This document shows positions 19,466 to 29,662 of a stretch of 64,000 nucleotides of DNA, piece after piece (the stretch's first letter is position 1; the number at the start of each line of letters is the position of its first letter). The DNA lies in the NCBI GenBank assembly GCA_963825135.1, contig CAWGRW010000009.1:384001-448000 (forward strand), given 5' to 3'. Source of the stretch: an uncultured bacterium (GTDB taxonomy: Bacteria > Desulfobacterota_D > UBA1144 > Nemesobacterales > UBA2774). Position numbers and translations under genes: made by a program. Below the pieces are notes generated by a model. That model had not been told where the DNA came from. It made no database searches and worked only from the letters and a program-made list of their open reading frames with translations.

Positions 19466-21292
19466 CTACGCGGGCTCGCTCACGCTCGTGCCTGCCGCGA
19501 TTTCGATGACGAGCGCAACGAGACAGTGGCCCGGCTGCGGAGCGGGCGGGTTATCGTTCGCGAAGGCGAGGAGGTCCCCGTTCTCCTTTATAAGGAATAG
19601 CGGAATCGCATTATCCCCGTAACGGCCGCTGAACGCGCTGAAGTCGAACTCGGGCGTCATATACGTCTTCTTCACCACGCCCCCGGAACCGAACTTTGCG
19701 GAGATATTCTCGTAGGTCGCTTCCGGACGGAACAAAAACCTCCCCGAAAGCTCGGACACGTAATGCTCTTCATCCGGATTTTGCCAGCCCGACCGCCTCG
19801 GAAGCTGATAGACCTGGGACCTGCCGAAGGGCTCGGCGAAGCTTAGCGCCGCGAGGGAATTCACCTCGTCGTTCGACGTGATAGCGAGGAGCTTTCCTAT
19901 GCCCTCGCAGTCTATGTACTCGGCTACGTCGTCGAGAAGGATATTTTTATAATAGGCGTTCAGTCCTTCCCTGCGCGCGGAGGATACGTTCTCCCAGTGT
20001 GAATCGACGAGGGACACCTTGAAACCGTCGTCCTGGAGGAATTTCGCTATCGCCCTGGCCCAGTCGTGCGCGCCCACGAAGAGTACGCCCTGGGGGTCGG
20101 GCTTCGCTATGCCGAGCTTCTTCGCAATAACGGGCGCGGTCAGGCCGTAAACGAGTACCGTCGCCGTGATCACGAGAAACGTAATGCTGACGAGGTGACC
20201 CGCCTGCGTGAACCCGCTGCCCACAAGCTTCAGACCGAAGACCGAGGCTACGGCCGCCGCCACGATGCCGCGCGGGGCCATACACGAAAGAAACAGCTTC
20301 TCCTTTAACTGCAGGCCGCTCCCCCGTGTGGACAGGAATACGGAAAGCGGCCTCGCGATAAAGATCAACACCCCGAGGAAAAGCGCGCTCTTGTACGTAA
20401 ATATAAAATCCAGATCTTTAAGCGTGAGCCTCGAAGCCAGGATAATAAAGAGGCTCGAAATGAAGAGCACCCGGAGCGTCTCCTTGAATTCCATGATGCG
20501 CTTCACGCTCACCGTCTTCTGGTTCGCGAGAACGATGCCCATTATCGTGACGGTGACGAAACCCGATTCCCGCTGTATATAGTCCGAGAGCACGAAAGAG
20601 GCGATTAGTATCATGAGCGTGACCGGGTTCTGGAGGTAGTCGGGGACCCAGTATTTCCTCAATACGGTTATTAGCGCCCGCGCCCCGGCTACGCCGACCG
20701 CGCCTCCCACGATTACGGTCTTGAGCACGCTGAAAGCGACCTGCTCCGACGCCTCTATGACGCCGCCCGCTATGACCGACTGGAATACCAGGACCGCGAG
20801 CACCGCCCCGATAGGATCGATCACTATCCCCTCCCATTTCATTATCGAGTCCATCCTCCCGGACGCCCTTATGTTCCGCAGGAGCGGCATGATAACGGTG
20901 GGACCGGTCACGACGAGGATGGCCCCGAGGAGTACCGCAATCTGGTGGTCGAACCCGAAAAGAAAGTATGCAGCTGCGGCGGTTACGGCCCAGGTGACCA
21001 GGACCCCGACAGTTACGAGGCTTACGACCACCCTCCTTATCTCCCTCAGCTCGGAGAACTTGAGGTTCATGCCGCCCTCGAACAATATCACGGCGACACA
21101 GACCGAGACCACCGGCAGGAGTATGCGCCCGAATATCTTGTCCGGGTCTATCAGCCCCGTAACCGGGCCCGCGACGAAGCCCGAGGCCAGGAGCAGAAGG
21201 ATTGCAGGTATCCTGAGCCGCCAGGAGACCCAGTAGGCGCCTATGCCGAGCACTATTATCGCGGCCAATCCGATTAGAAAGCTTTCGCCCAT
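19466..21292 (-). CDS. CPA1 cation/proton antiporter with C-terminal TrkA-N-like domain
   Basis: ILFEGG, TGPTVI, EGIVIDP, PRGIVAAAVAS. Confidence 0.92.
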   Translation of the reverse strand: MGESFLIGLAAIIVLGIGAYWVSWRLRIPAILLLLASGFVAGPVTGLIDPDKIFGRILLPVVSVCVAVILFEGGMNLKFSELREIRRVVVSLVTVGVLVTWAVTAAAAYFLFGFDHQIAVLLGAILVVTGPTVIMPLLRNIRASGRMDSIMKWEGIVIDPIGAVLAVLVFQSVIAGGVIEASEQVAFSVLKTVIVGGAVGVAGARALITVLRKYWVPDYLQNPVTLMILIASFVLSDYIQRESGFVTVTIMGIVLANQKTVSVKRIMEFKETLRVLFISSLFIILASRLTLKDLDFIFTYKSALFLGVLIFIARPLSVFLSTRGSGLQLKEKLFLSCMAPRGIVAAAVASVFGLKLVGSGFTQAGHLVSITFLVITATVLVYGLTAPVIAKKLGIAKPDPQGVLFVGAHDWARAIAKFLQDDGFKVSLVDSHWENVSSARREGLNAYYKNILLDDVAEYIDCEGIGKLLAITSNDEVNSLAALSFAEPFGRSQVYQLPRRSGWQNPDEEHYVSELSGRFLFRPEATYENISAKFGSGGVVKKTYMTPEFDFSAFSGRYGDNAIPLFLIKENGDLLAFANDNPPAPQPGHCLVALVIEIAAGTSVSEPA

Positions 21293-21523
21293 ACAGAGTC
21301 CCCGGGAATCCCCGTCTTTTATCGTTCCTTATCTATATCGATGAGTTATACATTCCTCGCGGCCCGCCCGGCAGTCGCCCGGCGGACATACCTGTCTTAA
21401 TTGTATGAACTTTCCGGTATTTAATCCAGAGGTATTCGGGCGCGGACGCAGAATCGGTAAAATTTCGCGGCGGAATGTAACTTGATTTCTGAATTCCCCG
21501 GCCGTCAGGGATACTAAAGGTAT

Positions 21524-22879
21524 ATGGCTGTGTCGAGCGAAAGCGGTCATGAACATCACGTAGTCATACTCGGGGGAGGTTTCGGGGGGCTCTATGCCTC
21601 AAAGGAGCTTTCCCGCGCGGGGATCGGGGTAACCCTCATCGACAGGAGGAACTTCCACCTCTTCCAGCCGCTCCTCTATCAGGTAGCCGCGGGCTGGCTC
21701 TCGCCGGGGGAGATAGCGTCCCCGCTCCGGATGGTGCTGAGCAGGTACAAAAACACGCGGGTATATCAGGCTGAGGTGACCGACATACTGCCCGACGAAA
21801 AGGCTGTCGTGCTCAGGGACGGCATAGTCACTTACGACACGCTCGTAGTCGCAACCGGGTCAAGCCACCACTACTTCGGACACGAGGAGTGGGCGAGGAC
21901 CGCGCCGGGGCTGAAAACAGTCGAGGACGCTCTCGAAATGAGGAGAAAGATACTCCTCTCTTTCGAGGCGGCCGAGCGGGAGCCCGACCCCGAAATACAA
22001 AAAGAGTGGATGACTTTCCTGATAATCGGAGCGGGGCCGACGGGCGTGGAATTGGCGGGGACCCTGGGCGAGCTGTCGCGCACGACGCTCAGACGCGATT
22101 TCAGGAACATCGATACGGCGAAGGCCGAAATAATCCTGGTCGAAGGCCGGGACCAGGTCCTCCCCTCCTACCCCGGGGACTTGTCTGAAAAAGCGGCCGA
22201 ATCGCTCCGCAGGCTGGGGGTCACCATAAGACTCGACACAATGGTCACGGGGATTGAGGGGAATAAGGCGGTCCTCGTCAGGGGCGGCGTACGGGAAGAG
22301 ATAGTGTCGAGGACCATACTCTGGACGGCCGGAGTGAAGGCCTCGCCCCTCGGCAGGGTGCTTGCAAATAGAGCGGGCGCTGCGCTCGACCCCGGCGGGA
22401 GGGTCATCGTCGGGCCCGACCTCACAATCCCGGGCCGACCGGACATTTTCGTTATAGGAGACCTCGCAAGTTTCTCGCCCGAGGGCGGGAAACCCCTCCC
22501 CGGCGTAGCACCCGTCGCGATGCAGGAAGGCAGGTACGTGGCGGAGCTTATCAGTAACAGGCTCTCGGGAAAAGAGACCAGGCCCTTCAGGTACGTCGAT
22601 AAGGGGAGCCTCGCTGTGATAGGACGGAACGCAGCCGTGGCCGACCTCGGCAGGATAAGGCTTTCCGGCCTGCCCGCGTGGCTCATATGGGCCTTCGTCC
22701 ACATCAGCTACCTCATCGAGTTCGACAACAAGGTGCTGGTGCTCTTCCGGTGGGCGTGGAACTACTTCACGAGGAAAAGGGGAGTGAGGCTGATAACGGG
22801 CGAGTACCCGTCGTCTCTCGTCGGCAATAAAAACGGCGGGCCCGGCGAAAAGCGTGATAACGCTCCGTACAAAGGCTGA
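21524..22879 (+). CDS. ndh: Type II NADH dehydrogenase
   Basis: GGGFGG, LFQPLLYQVA, GAGPTGVELAG, GDLA, AMQEG. Confidence 0.93.
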   Translation: MAVSSESGHEHHVVILGGGFGGLYASKELSRAGIGVTLIDRRNFHLFQPLLYQVAAGWLSPGEIASPLRMVLSRYKNTRVYQAEVTDILPDEKAVVLRDGIVTYDTLVVATGSSHHYFGHEEWARTAPGLKTVEDALEMRRKILLSFEAAEREPDPEIQKEWMTFLIIGAGPTGVELAGTLGELSRTTLRRDFRNIDTAKAEIILVEGRDQVLPSYPGDLSEKAAESLRRLGVTIRLDTMVTGIEGNKAVLVRGGVREEIVSRTILWTAGVKASPLGRVLANRAGAALDPGGRVIVGPDLTIPGRPDIFVIGDLASFSPEGGKPLPGVAPVAMQEGRYVAELISNRLSGKETRPFRYVDKGSLAVIGRNAAVADLGRIRLSGLPAWLIWAFVHISYLIEFDNKVLVLFRWAWNYFTRKRGVRLITGEYPSSLVGNKNGGPGEKRDNAPYKG

Positions 22880-22880
22880 C

Positions 22881-23366
22881 TCAAAATTCCTGCCTCCCGA
22901 AACCGAGCTTCCTTTCCAGGTAAACGACCCCACGGAGCGTCGCGAGCGTAATGATGGTCACGCCCACTGCAAGAAGGAGCTTGGATAGGGCGACGCAAAT
23001 TCCGACCGAGGCGACGAAGAGCAGCGCCGCCGCGGTCGTAAGACCCTTGACCCTGTCCTCCGAGCCTCGCCTGATTATCGTACCCGCCCCGAGAAAGCTC
23101 ACGCCCGTGATTATCGCGCCTATGATCCTGAGCGGGTCCGAGCCTAAAGCGACGTCGCTCAGGCCGAAGTCCGGGACCATGATCTTGCCTAGCGATACGA
23201 GGAGCGTCGCCGACCCGGCCACGAGCATGTGAGTGCGGATACCGGCGGGCTTGTCGGCGAGCTCCCGGTCGAAGCCCACGGCCGCACCCAGGAGCATGGA
23301 TATCAGGACGTACAGGAGTATCTTGAGCTCGAGCGGGAGGGAATTGATGATCTGCATGAAATCCAT
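22881..23366 (-). CDS. MgtC/SapB family membrane protein
   Basis: GFDRE, AGIRTHMLV, GVSFLGAG, GLTTAA. Confidence 0.93.
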   Translation of the reverse strand: MDFMQIINSLPLELKILLYVLISMLLGAAVGFDRELADKPAGIRTHMLVAGSATLLVSLGKIMVPDFGLSDVALGSDPLRIIGAIITGVSFLGAGTIIRRGSEDRVKGLTTAAALLFVASVGICVALSKLLLAVGVTIITLATLRGVVYLERKLGFGRQEF

Positions 23367-23409
23367 TCTGCGAACCCCCCGGAATTAAGCGATTTTAAGA
23401 ATTGCGGCC

Positions 23410-23727
23410 CTATTCGCGGTCCATAAGCTTTCCCGCGAGCACGCCTATGAGGAAAGCGATCAATACGCTCAGCAGCGGTTTCCGGGTGATCCGGCTCTCG
23501 ACGGCGTCGATACCGCTGCCCCCCATCCTGCGCGCGCTTGCGAGTCCTCCGCCGAGCTCCGCGTGGAGCCTCTTCGCTTCGTGCCCGAGCCTCTTGTTCC
23601 CCGACTTGTAAGCCTTTCGGCTGATATCGAGTATGTTGTCGGAAACGTTCGAGAATTCGTGTCTCAGCCTCTGCACTTCGTCCTTTAGCGTATCGATGTT
23701 CTCTTTGACCCGTCCGTTATCTTTCAT
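23410..23727 (-). CDS. DUF883/ElaB-YqjD-like protein
   Basis: Coiled-coil body, C-terminal KPLLSVLIAFLIGVLAG TM. Confidence 0.7.
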   Translation of the reverse strand: MKDNGRVKENIDTLKDEVQRLRHEFSNVSDNILDISRKAYKSGNKRLGHEAKRLHAELGGGLASARRMGGSGIDAVESRITRKPLLSVLIAFLIGVLAGKLMDRE

Positions 23728-23968
23728 GTCCGTCTCCCTGTTGTTTTAAGTATGGAACTTGCGCTTATGGGTGTCAAGGAATATTTCACGAGGCGCGGTG
23801 GCACACATTGTGTGCTGATATACGGTTCTTCCGAACCCTCTTCCGCTAAATCAAGCGGAGGCGGCCCGCCGTCCCGTTTCGTCCCGGGCAGGAGCCTGTC
23901 CCGAGCTTGTCGAAGGCTCGAAGGATGAACGGGTAAGATTATGCAGGGACGCCCCGGAGGGATTATAA

Positions 23969-23997
23969 TTGACATTGACCCGGAACATCTGTACTTT
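23969..23997 (+). promoter_or_regulatory. sigma70 promoter of tatA
   Basis: TTGACA-N17-TACTTT. Confidence 0.6.
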
Positions 23998-24017
23998 ATA
24001 TGTGGAGAGGTAACAGC

Positions 24018-24260
24018 ATGTTTGGACATTTAGGGCTACCAGAGCTTTTAATATTATTGGTGATTCTGCTATTAGTCTTCGGCCCCAGCAGGTTGGGTGA
24101 CCTCGGCTCTTCCCTGGGCAAGGGGATTAAGGGGTTCAGGAAATCCATGAAGGACGACGAGATAGACGTCACCCCCGGGAAGGAAGAATCGAAGAAGATC
24201 AACGACCCCAACCTCGAGACCACCGGCACTCCTTCCGAGAGCAAAAAGAACGTCCAGTAA
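24018..24260 (+). CDS. tatA: Twin-arginine translocase TatA/E
   Basis: LGLPELLILLVILLLVFG..RL..LG..LGKGIKGFRKSM. Confidence 0.93.
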   Translation: MFGHLGLPELLILLVILLLVFGPSRLGDLGSSLGKGIKGFRKSMKDDEIDVTPGKEESKKINDPNLETTGTPSESKKNVQ

Positions 24261-24391
24261 ATCCCCCGCCGTCAGTATCTAAAGTAAACCGGACCCGGCA
24301 GAACAACGGCACGGGAAAGTCTTATATACCGGACCAAACGCCCGAAGCAAAGGGATCGCGAAGAGTTAGCGCGCGAGCGCGGCCCCCCGGC

Positions 24392-25681
24392 CTACGCCCA
24401 CTCGCCCAGGGTCTTCCTCTCGAACGGGCATCCGCCCAGGCGCACATGGTCCTCGAACTCGTGACGGAATTTCTTGACTATAGATTCGATGGGCATGGCG
24501 CACCCGTCGGCGAGCGCGCAGATAGTGGTCCCCCTCATCTGAAAGCACGCGTCGAGCAGCGTGTCTATGTGCTCCATCCTCCCCTTCCCCTGCTCTATGT
24601 CCGTGAGCATCTTCTCAAGCCACCATGTGCCTTCCCTGCACTGAACGCACTGCCCGCAGGACTCGTCCCTGTAAAAATGGGCCAGGTTCTGGGCGACCCT
24701 CACCATGCACGTGGTGTCGTCCATCACCGTTACGCCCGCCGTCCCGAGCATCGATCCGACGGCGGCGAGGGAATCGAAATCCATCGTTATGTCGAGCTCG
24801 TCGGCCGAGAGCACGGCCGCCGAAGAGCCTCCGGGAGATACGGCTTTGACGCTCCTCCCGCCGGGTACGCCTTCCCCGTACTCGTTGATAAGACTGCGGA
24901 GCGTGATACCGAGAGGCAGCTCGTAGAGACCGGGCTTGTTAATATTGCCGCATAGGCCGTAGATCTTGGTGCCCGTGTTCTTGGGTATGCCTATGGAAGA
25001 GAACCACTCGGAGCCCCTGTTGATAATATGAGGGACGCACGCGAGCGTCTCCACGTTGTTTATGATGGTCGGGCATCCGAAGAGCCCTATCTGGGCGGGG
25101 AACGGCGGCTTCGGCCTGGGCTCTCCGTTCTTTCCTTCTATGGATTCGAGGAGCCCCGTCTCCTCTCCGCATATGTACGCGCCCGCGCCCCTGAAGAGCA
25201 CGATGTCGAGGTCGAATCCTGAATTGAGAATGTTCTTTCCGAGATAGCCCTTTTCGTACGCCTCCCTGATCGCGCCCTCTACAATCCCGGCGCCGTAGGG
25301 CATCTCTCCCCTTATATATATGTAAGACTTGTGCGAATTTATCGTGTAGCAGCCGATGATGATGCCTTCGAGCATCTGATGAGGGTCGCGCTCGAGTATC
25401 TCCCTGTCCTTGAAGCTCCCGGGCTCGCTCTCGTCGGCGTTGCAGCAGAGGTATATCGGTTTTTTGGAATCCCTCTGTATGAACCCCCACTTCACCCCGG
25501 TCGGGAACCCCGCGCCTCCCCTCCCCCTGAGGCCCGCCTTCTTTATCTCCTCTATTATTTCATCGGGTTTCATCCCGAGCGCCTTCGGGAGCGCCGTATA
25601 GCCGCCCCGGGATATGTACGAGCCTATGGTGTGCGAGTCGGGCACATCGACGTACGTGCGTAGTATTCTCAATTCGGGCAT
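24392..25681 (-). CDS. nuoF: NADH:quinone oxidoreductase subunit F, stand-alone
   Basis: GRGGAGF, NADESEPG, GAGAYICGEETGL, CGQCVQCREG...ICALADG. Confidence 0.95.
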   Translation of the reverse strand: MPELRILRTYVDVPDSHTIGSYISRGGYTALPKALGMKPDEIIEEIKKAGLRGRGGAGFPTGVKWGFIQRDSKKPIYLCCNADESEPGSFKDREILERDPHQMLEGIIIGCYTINSHKSYIYIRGEMPYGAGIVEGAIREAYEKGYLGKNILNSGFDLDIVLFRGAGAYICGEETGLLESIEGKNGEPRPKPPFPAQIGLFGCPTIINNVETLACVPHIINRGSEWFSSIGIPKNTGTKIYGLCGNINKPGLYELPLGITLRSLINEYGEGVPGGRSVKAVSPGGSSAAVLSADELDITMDFDSLAAVGSMLGTAGVTVMDDTTCMVRVAQNLAHFYRDESCGQCVQCREGTWWLEKMLTDIEQGKGRMEHIDTLLDACFQMRGTTICALADGCAMPIESIVKKFRHEFEDHVRLGGCPFERKTLGEWA

Positions 25682-25883
25682 TTCATACCTCGGACACACA
25701 GGTGTGTTTTATGATTTCTTTGTGATCTCTCTGCAATCCCTGATATCGTCACCCTGAACTTGTTTCAGGGCCACATCTTTAAACCAACCCCAAAGAACCC
25801 CAGTAATTTTATATGGGTTTTACGAAGCATCAAGTTTGGATTAGCTTGCACTCCAGCGCACAAGAAGGTACGAAATAGATCTT

Positions 25884-25916
25884 CCCCCTTAGAAAAAGGG
25901 GGATTGAGGGGGATTT
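25884..25916. repeat. REP-like CCCCCTT...AAGGGGG family
   Basis: cccccttagaaaaagggggattgagggggattt, nearly identical to 47478-47510. Confidence 0.85.
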
Positions 25917-25991
25917 AAATTCATATTTTTGAGAGAAAAAATTAAGTGAAAGGAAATGAATAAAAGATAAATCCACCCTCACCCTGACCCT

Positions 25992-26081
25992 AATTTGGTT
26001 TTGGCAGCGTTGAGTCGGAAGTTAAGGTGCTTCTGTGTCTCTGATCTGGGTCAACCGAATGCTCACTTGCTCACATTCGTT
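25992..26081 (+). mobile_element. ~90-bp REP-inserted mini-element, copy 3
   Basis: AATTTGG + 53 nt + CAACC + GAATG-ctcacttgctca-CATTC + GTT, inside a CCCTCACCCTGACCCT...CCCTCAAGGGAGAGGG REP. Confidence 0.8.
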
Positions 26082-26154
26082 CCCTCAAGGGAGAGGGAAA
26101 CAACTTCATAGAGTTGGCCGGGCAGTAGAGAAACGCAGCAACCGTAAAACCACG

Positions 26155-27366
26155 CTATGTGTAGCCCAGGAGCGTATCGACCGTGTACCTCGCGAAGGCC
26201 ATCGAGCAGGTGAAGGCGGGGGATATCGCGTTCAGTATGTGAATCGAGTCTCCGTCCCTTATCACGACGAAATCAGTCACGAGCTTTTTCGTATCCCAGT
26301 CGACGAGCTGGGGGCGTATGCCGCTCTTGGGCGTGTCCTCCATGTCGTCGATCCCGATTTCGGGAAGAAGCCCCCTCGCCTCTTTCCAGAGATTCCGCGC
26401 CGAATACTTCCTTATTTCCGTAAGGGCCGCGCCCCTGAAGGCGTCGTTCGCGAAGAAGAGCACGCCGTCCCGGAAGAGTATCGAGAGCGATTCAAGAGAG
26501 AGGTCGTCCATGAACCCGTATTCCTCCCTGCCGAGGACGGGGATCGCCGTCGGGCCTATGTACACGTCGTCCCTGACGCTCCTAGTGAAGTGCACCCCCA
26601 GGAACGGGTTCCTCAGGTCGGGGACCGGGTATATGTTCCCCCTCACGAGATATGATTTTTCTTTTTTGAGTTTTTTGTACGTGCCCTTGAACGGGAGCAC
26701 CCTGTAGTTCCCGCCTATGCCGAACGCCGCGGCCACCCTGTCGGCGAACGTACCCGCCGCGTTGACGAGCCTTGCGAACCTGATGTTCCCCGCGCTCGTG
26801 ACGGCCGTGCCCGTGCCCGCGAGCGAGACAAAAGAAGTCCCGAAGAGGAACCTGACCCTTCCCCCATCTTCGAGCTCTCTTTTCAACTCACCGAGGATTT
26901 GTATCGGGTCTACGACGGCGGTGTCCGGGGAATAAAGCGCGCTCTCTCTCGGCGCGGCGTGGGGTTCGAGGTCAAGGAGCTCTTTCGTGTCTATGAGATA
27001 CGACCTCGCCCCCGAGGAGTCCGCCCTCCGTTTGAGCTCGTCGAGCGCCCATTCCTTTTCGTCCGTATCGGGCACTATCACCTTTCCGGTCTCTTTGAGC
27101 GTGAGCCCCCTCTCCCTGCAGTACTCCTTCATGAGCCGGTTCCCCTCGACGCAGAACCTGGCCCTGTTCGTGCCGGGGGAGTAGTAGATGCCCGCGTGGA
27201 GCACCCCGCTGTTCCTCCCGCTCGCGTGCGCGCCCAACCCCTGCTCCTTCTCGATGACGAGGATATCGTCCGCCCCGCGGCCGACGAGCTCCCTCGCCGC
27301 GGCCAACCCCGTTATCCCCGCGCCCACGATGAGTATGTCACAGCCGTCTTTATTACGCGCGCTCAT
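26155..27366 (-). CDS. lhgO: L-2-hydroxyglutarate oxidase-like FAD oxidoreductase
   Basis: GAGITG, SGRNSGVLHAGIYY, PFLGVHFT, GIRPQ, NAISPAFT. Confidence 0.88.
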   Translation of the reverse strand: MSARNKDGCDILIVGAGITGLAAARELVGRGADDILVIEKEQGLGAHASGRNSGVLHAGIYYSPGTNRARFCVEGNRLMKEYCRERGLTLKETGKVIVPDTDEKEWALDELKRRADSSGARSYLIDTKELLDLEPHAAPRESALYSPDTAVVDPIQILGELKRELEDGGRVRFLFGTSFVSLAGTGTAVTSAGNIRFARLVNAAGTFADRVAAAFGIGGNYRVLPFKGTYKKLKKEKSYLVRGNIYPVPDLRNPFLGVHFTRSVRDDVYIGPTAIPVLGREEYGFMDDLSLESLSILFRDGVLFFANDAFRGAALTEIRKYSARNLWKEARGLLPEIGIDDMEDTPKSGIRPQLVDWDTKKLVTDFVVIRDGDSIHILNAISPAFTCSMAFARYTVDTLLGYT

Positions 27367-27420
27367 ATACGATTCTTCCATAATTCATCTAGCAGGACAA
27401 CAGCCGAAATCCGCCCCGGT

Positions 27421-27630
27421 ATCCGTCTTTTTCTTTCCGACATTACAGAATTTGCGTTAAGAAAATCGCGTGTTTAAGCGTTAAGAAATCTTTGAGCAGT
27501 CCAATTGAAAGATTTTAGCTTAAACACAAGATTTTTAGCGTAATTCTGTAGTCGGATGATTTTTGCTTCTTTTCATCTAGGAAAAGAAGTATACAAAAAA
27601 CATCCTTTCACCGTTCTTTGTCTTTTCGTC
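27421..27630. repeat. AT-rich dispersed repeat with ~120-nt imperfect hairpin, copy 1
   Basis: CCGAC(27437)...GTCGG(27555) nested inverted repeats, then CTTCTTTTC..GAAAAGAAG hairpins. Near-identical copy at 41251-41550. Confidence 0.9.
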
Positions 27631-27668
27631 TAGGAAAAGAGGAAATAAATATCCTGCCTTTCTCTTTC

Positions 27669-28583
27669 TCAATCCTTCTTCTTCCGCCCGCTCCCGGACT
27701 TCATTATCCATTCGACGACCGTATCGACGGTGAAGGACGGGTTCTCCATGCAGTCGTGCTTTGCGCCGGGAATGAACCTGAGCTCGGCCTTCCTGTTCCC
27801 CGCTTTCTTCAGTATGCCGAGCAGCTCACGGACCTCATCGGCCGCAACGACGTCGTCACTCTCCCCGTGGATGAAGAGGACGGGGACCTTCACCCCTGCG
27901 ATTATCTCGTTCGTCTTCGCGTTCTGCGCCTCGGGGCTCCTCATGTACCACCACGTCCTGTACGTGAACATCTCGCAGTCCGAAGGTCCGAACGAAGGCC
28001 CCCACGCCCTGTACACGATGAAGACCCTGTCGTTCTTCGTCTCGGCGGGGTCAGGCTTCAGCACCTTCTTCGCGATCTCGTATATGTGCTCGTACGACGG
28101 GATGCTCTGCCACCTGTCGAGCCTCCGCTTGTGCGAGAGCGGCAGGGACGAAGAGCACCCTTCGAGTATGAGCCCTTTTATGTTCTTGTGGGCGCCGCGG
28201 ACGGCGTAATAGACGCTTATGTTAGCCCCAAGGCTCCAGCCGAGGACGTAGATTTTTTTGAACCCTTCATTCACGAGCGCGTCGACCGCCGCGTCTATGT
28301 CGAGCACGGACTCGTCGAACACGCCCCCACCGAATATCTGTCCCGTGAACGCGAGCCTGGTGTTTATCGAGAGAGAGCTTATCCCCCGCTCGACGAGCGC
28401 ATTCGGCAGGAGCCTCGGCGTACCCCTCGCGAGGAAGTGGCCGAGCACCCCGTGGACGATGAGCACTATGGGCGTGTTATAGAGCTCTTTTTCATTTTTG
28501 AATTCGCCCGATACGAGGACGGCGTTTATAAGGAAACCGTCCGGGGCGCTGAAGTCGAAAAGCTTTCTCTGTCTCGGAACCAT
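27669..28583 (-). CDS. Alpha/beta hydrolase (paralog 2)
   Basis: HGVLG oxyanion loop, GWSLG nucleophile, D (SDDVV), H (AKHD). Confidence 0.88.
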   Translation of the reverse strand: MVPRQRKLFDFSAPDGFLINAVLVSGEFKNEKELYNTPIVLIVHGVLGHFLARGTPRLLPNALVERGISSLSINTRLAFTGQIFGGGVFDESVLDIDAAVDALVNEGFKKIYVLGWSLGANISVYYAVRGAHKNIKGLILEGCSSSLPLSHKRRLDRWQSIPSYEHIYEIAKKVLKPDPAETKNDRVFIVYRAWGPSFGPSDCEMFTYRTWWYMRSPEAQNAKTNEIIAGVKVPVLFIHGESDDVVAADEVRELLGILKKAGNRKAELRFIPGAKHDCMENPSFTVDTVVEWIMKSGSGRKKKD

Positions 28584-28597
28584 ATAAGACCGTCCGT

Positions 28598-29500
28598 TTA
28601 GTCTCTGAATCTCTTGTCGAGCCATCTGACAATGATTTCCCCGAGCTCTTCCTCTTTCCCCTCGAACGTATGCCCGGCGTTCACGTAGAAAGCGGAGACT
28701 TCATTGTTCCCGGCCTGTATCGCGATCTCGGCCAGGCTGTGCGTCTCTTCGGGCCTGACGACCTCGTCGTACCATCCCTGGATCAGCAGCAGCGGGAGCT
28801 TTATCCTCTCCATCTTGAGGTAAGCCTTCGCGGTGTCGGCCTCGGGCCCTGCCAGGAACCACCATGTCTTGTAGGTGTAGATCTCCGTGTGCCAGGGGAG
28901 GTACGTATTCCCGCGGGCCTTGTAAATGAGGATGGTCCTGTCGTGCTGCGTATTGTAAGGGTCGGGCTTCAGTATCTCTTTCGATTCCTCATAGACCTCT
29001 TCGTACGAGGGCTCGCTCCCCCACCTGTTCCACCGCTTCCGTATGGATTCCGGCATGGAGTAGGGCGTCGCGAGCGACATTATCCCCTTTATGTGCGGGT
29101 AGCGTTGAGGGTCGTTCCTGAGCGAGGCGTATCTCAGCACTATGCATGTGCCGAGGCTGTATCCGGAGATTATGACGTTCTTGTACCCGAGCCTCACCAA
29201 GTAATCGACGGCGCTGTCTATCTGAGGCATTACGTCGTCTATGATCCCGTATCCGAAGAAGAGGCCGAAATTCGCCATGCGCGTGTTTATCGCGAGCGAG
29301 GAATACCCGGCCTCGGCGAGTATCGGGGGGAGGAAGCGCTGGCTCCCGTCGAGGAAGTTCCCGAGGAAACCGTGGACGTGGACGATGGCGGTGTCCTTCT
29401 CGGGCAGCCGGTCGTCCTTGACGGTGCTGTGGTAATAAAGGCCGTCGATCTTGCCCTCGCCCGAGGGTATGGAGACGAGCTCCTGTTCCATGTATTTCAT
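28598..29500 (-). CDS. Alpha/beta hydrolase (paralog 1)
   Basis: HGFLG, GYSLG, D (YDEVV), H (AGHT). Confidence 0.88.
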   Translation of the reverse strand: MKYMEQELVSIPSGEGKIDGLYYHSTVKDDRLPEKDTAIVHVHGFLGNFLDGSQRFLPPILAEAGYSSLAINTRMANFGLFFGYGIIDDVMPQIDSAVDYLVRLGYKNVIISGYSLGTCIVLRYASLRNDPQRYPHIKGIMSLATPYSMPESIRKRWNRWGSEPSYEEVYEESKEILKPDPYNTQHDRTILIYKARGNTYLPWHTEIYTYKTWWFLAGPEADTAKAYLKMERIKLPLLLIQGWYDEVVRPEETHSLAEIAIQAGNNEVSAFYVNAGHTFEGKEEELGEIIVRWLDKRFRD

Positions 29501-29662
29501 TCGTCCGTCCGTGCGCACGCAGTATGTAGTGTGAGGAGAGTATATGCCCCGCCCCGGATCAGCGCGCAAAATCGCCAGATAATCTGCAGGATTCTATTTT
29601 AGCAGAGATTATGTTCGGAGAATAGCTAAGGTATAAATCGGGAAAAAGTTTGACGTATGAAT

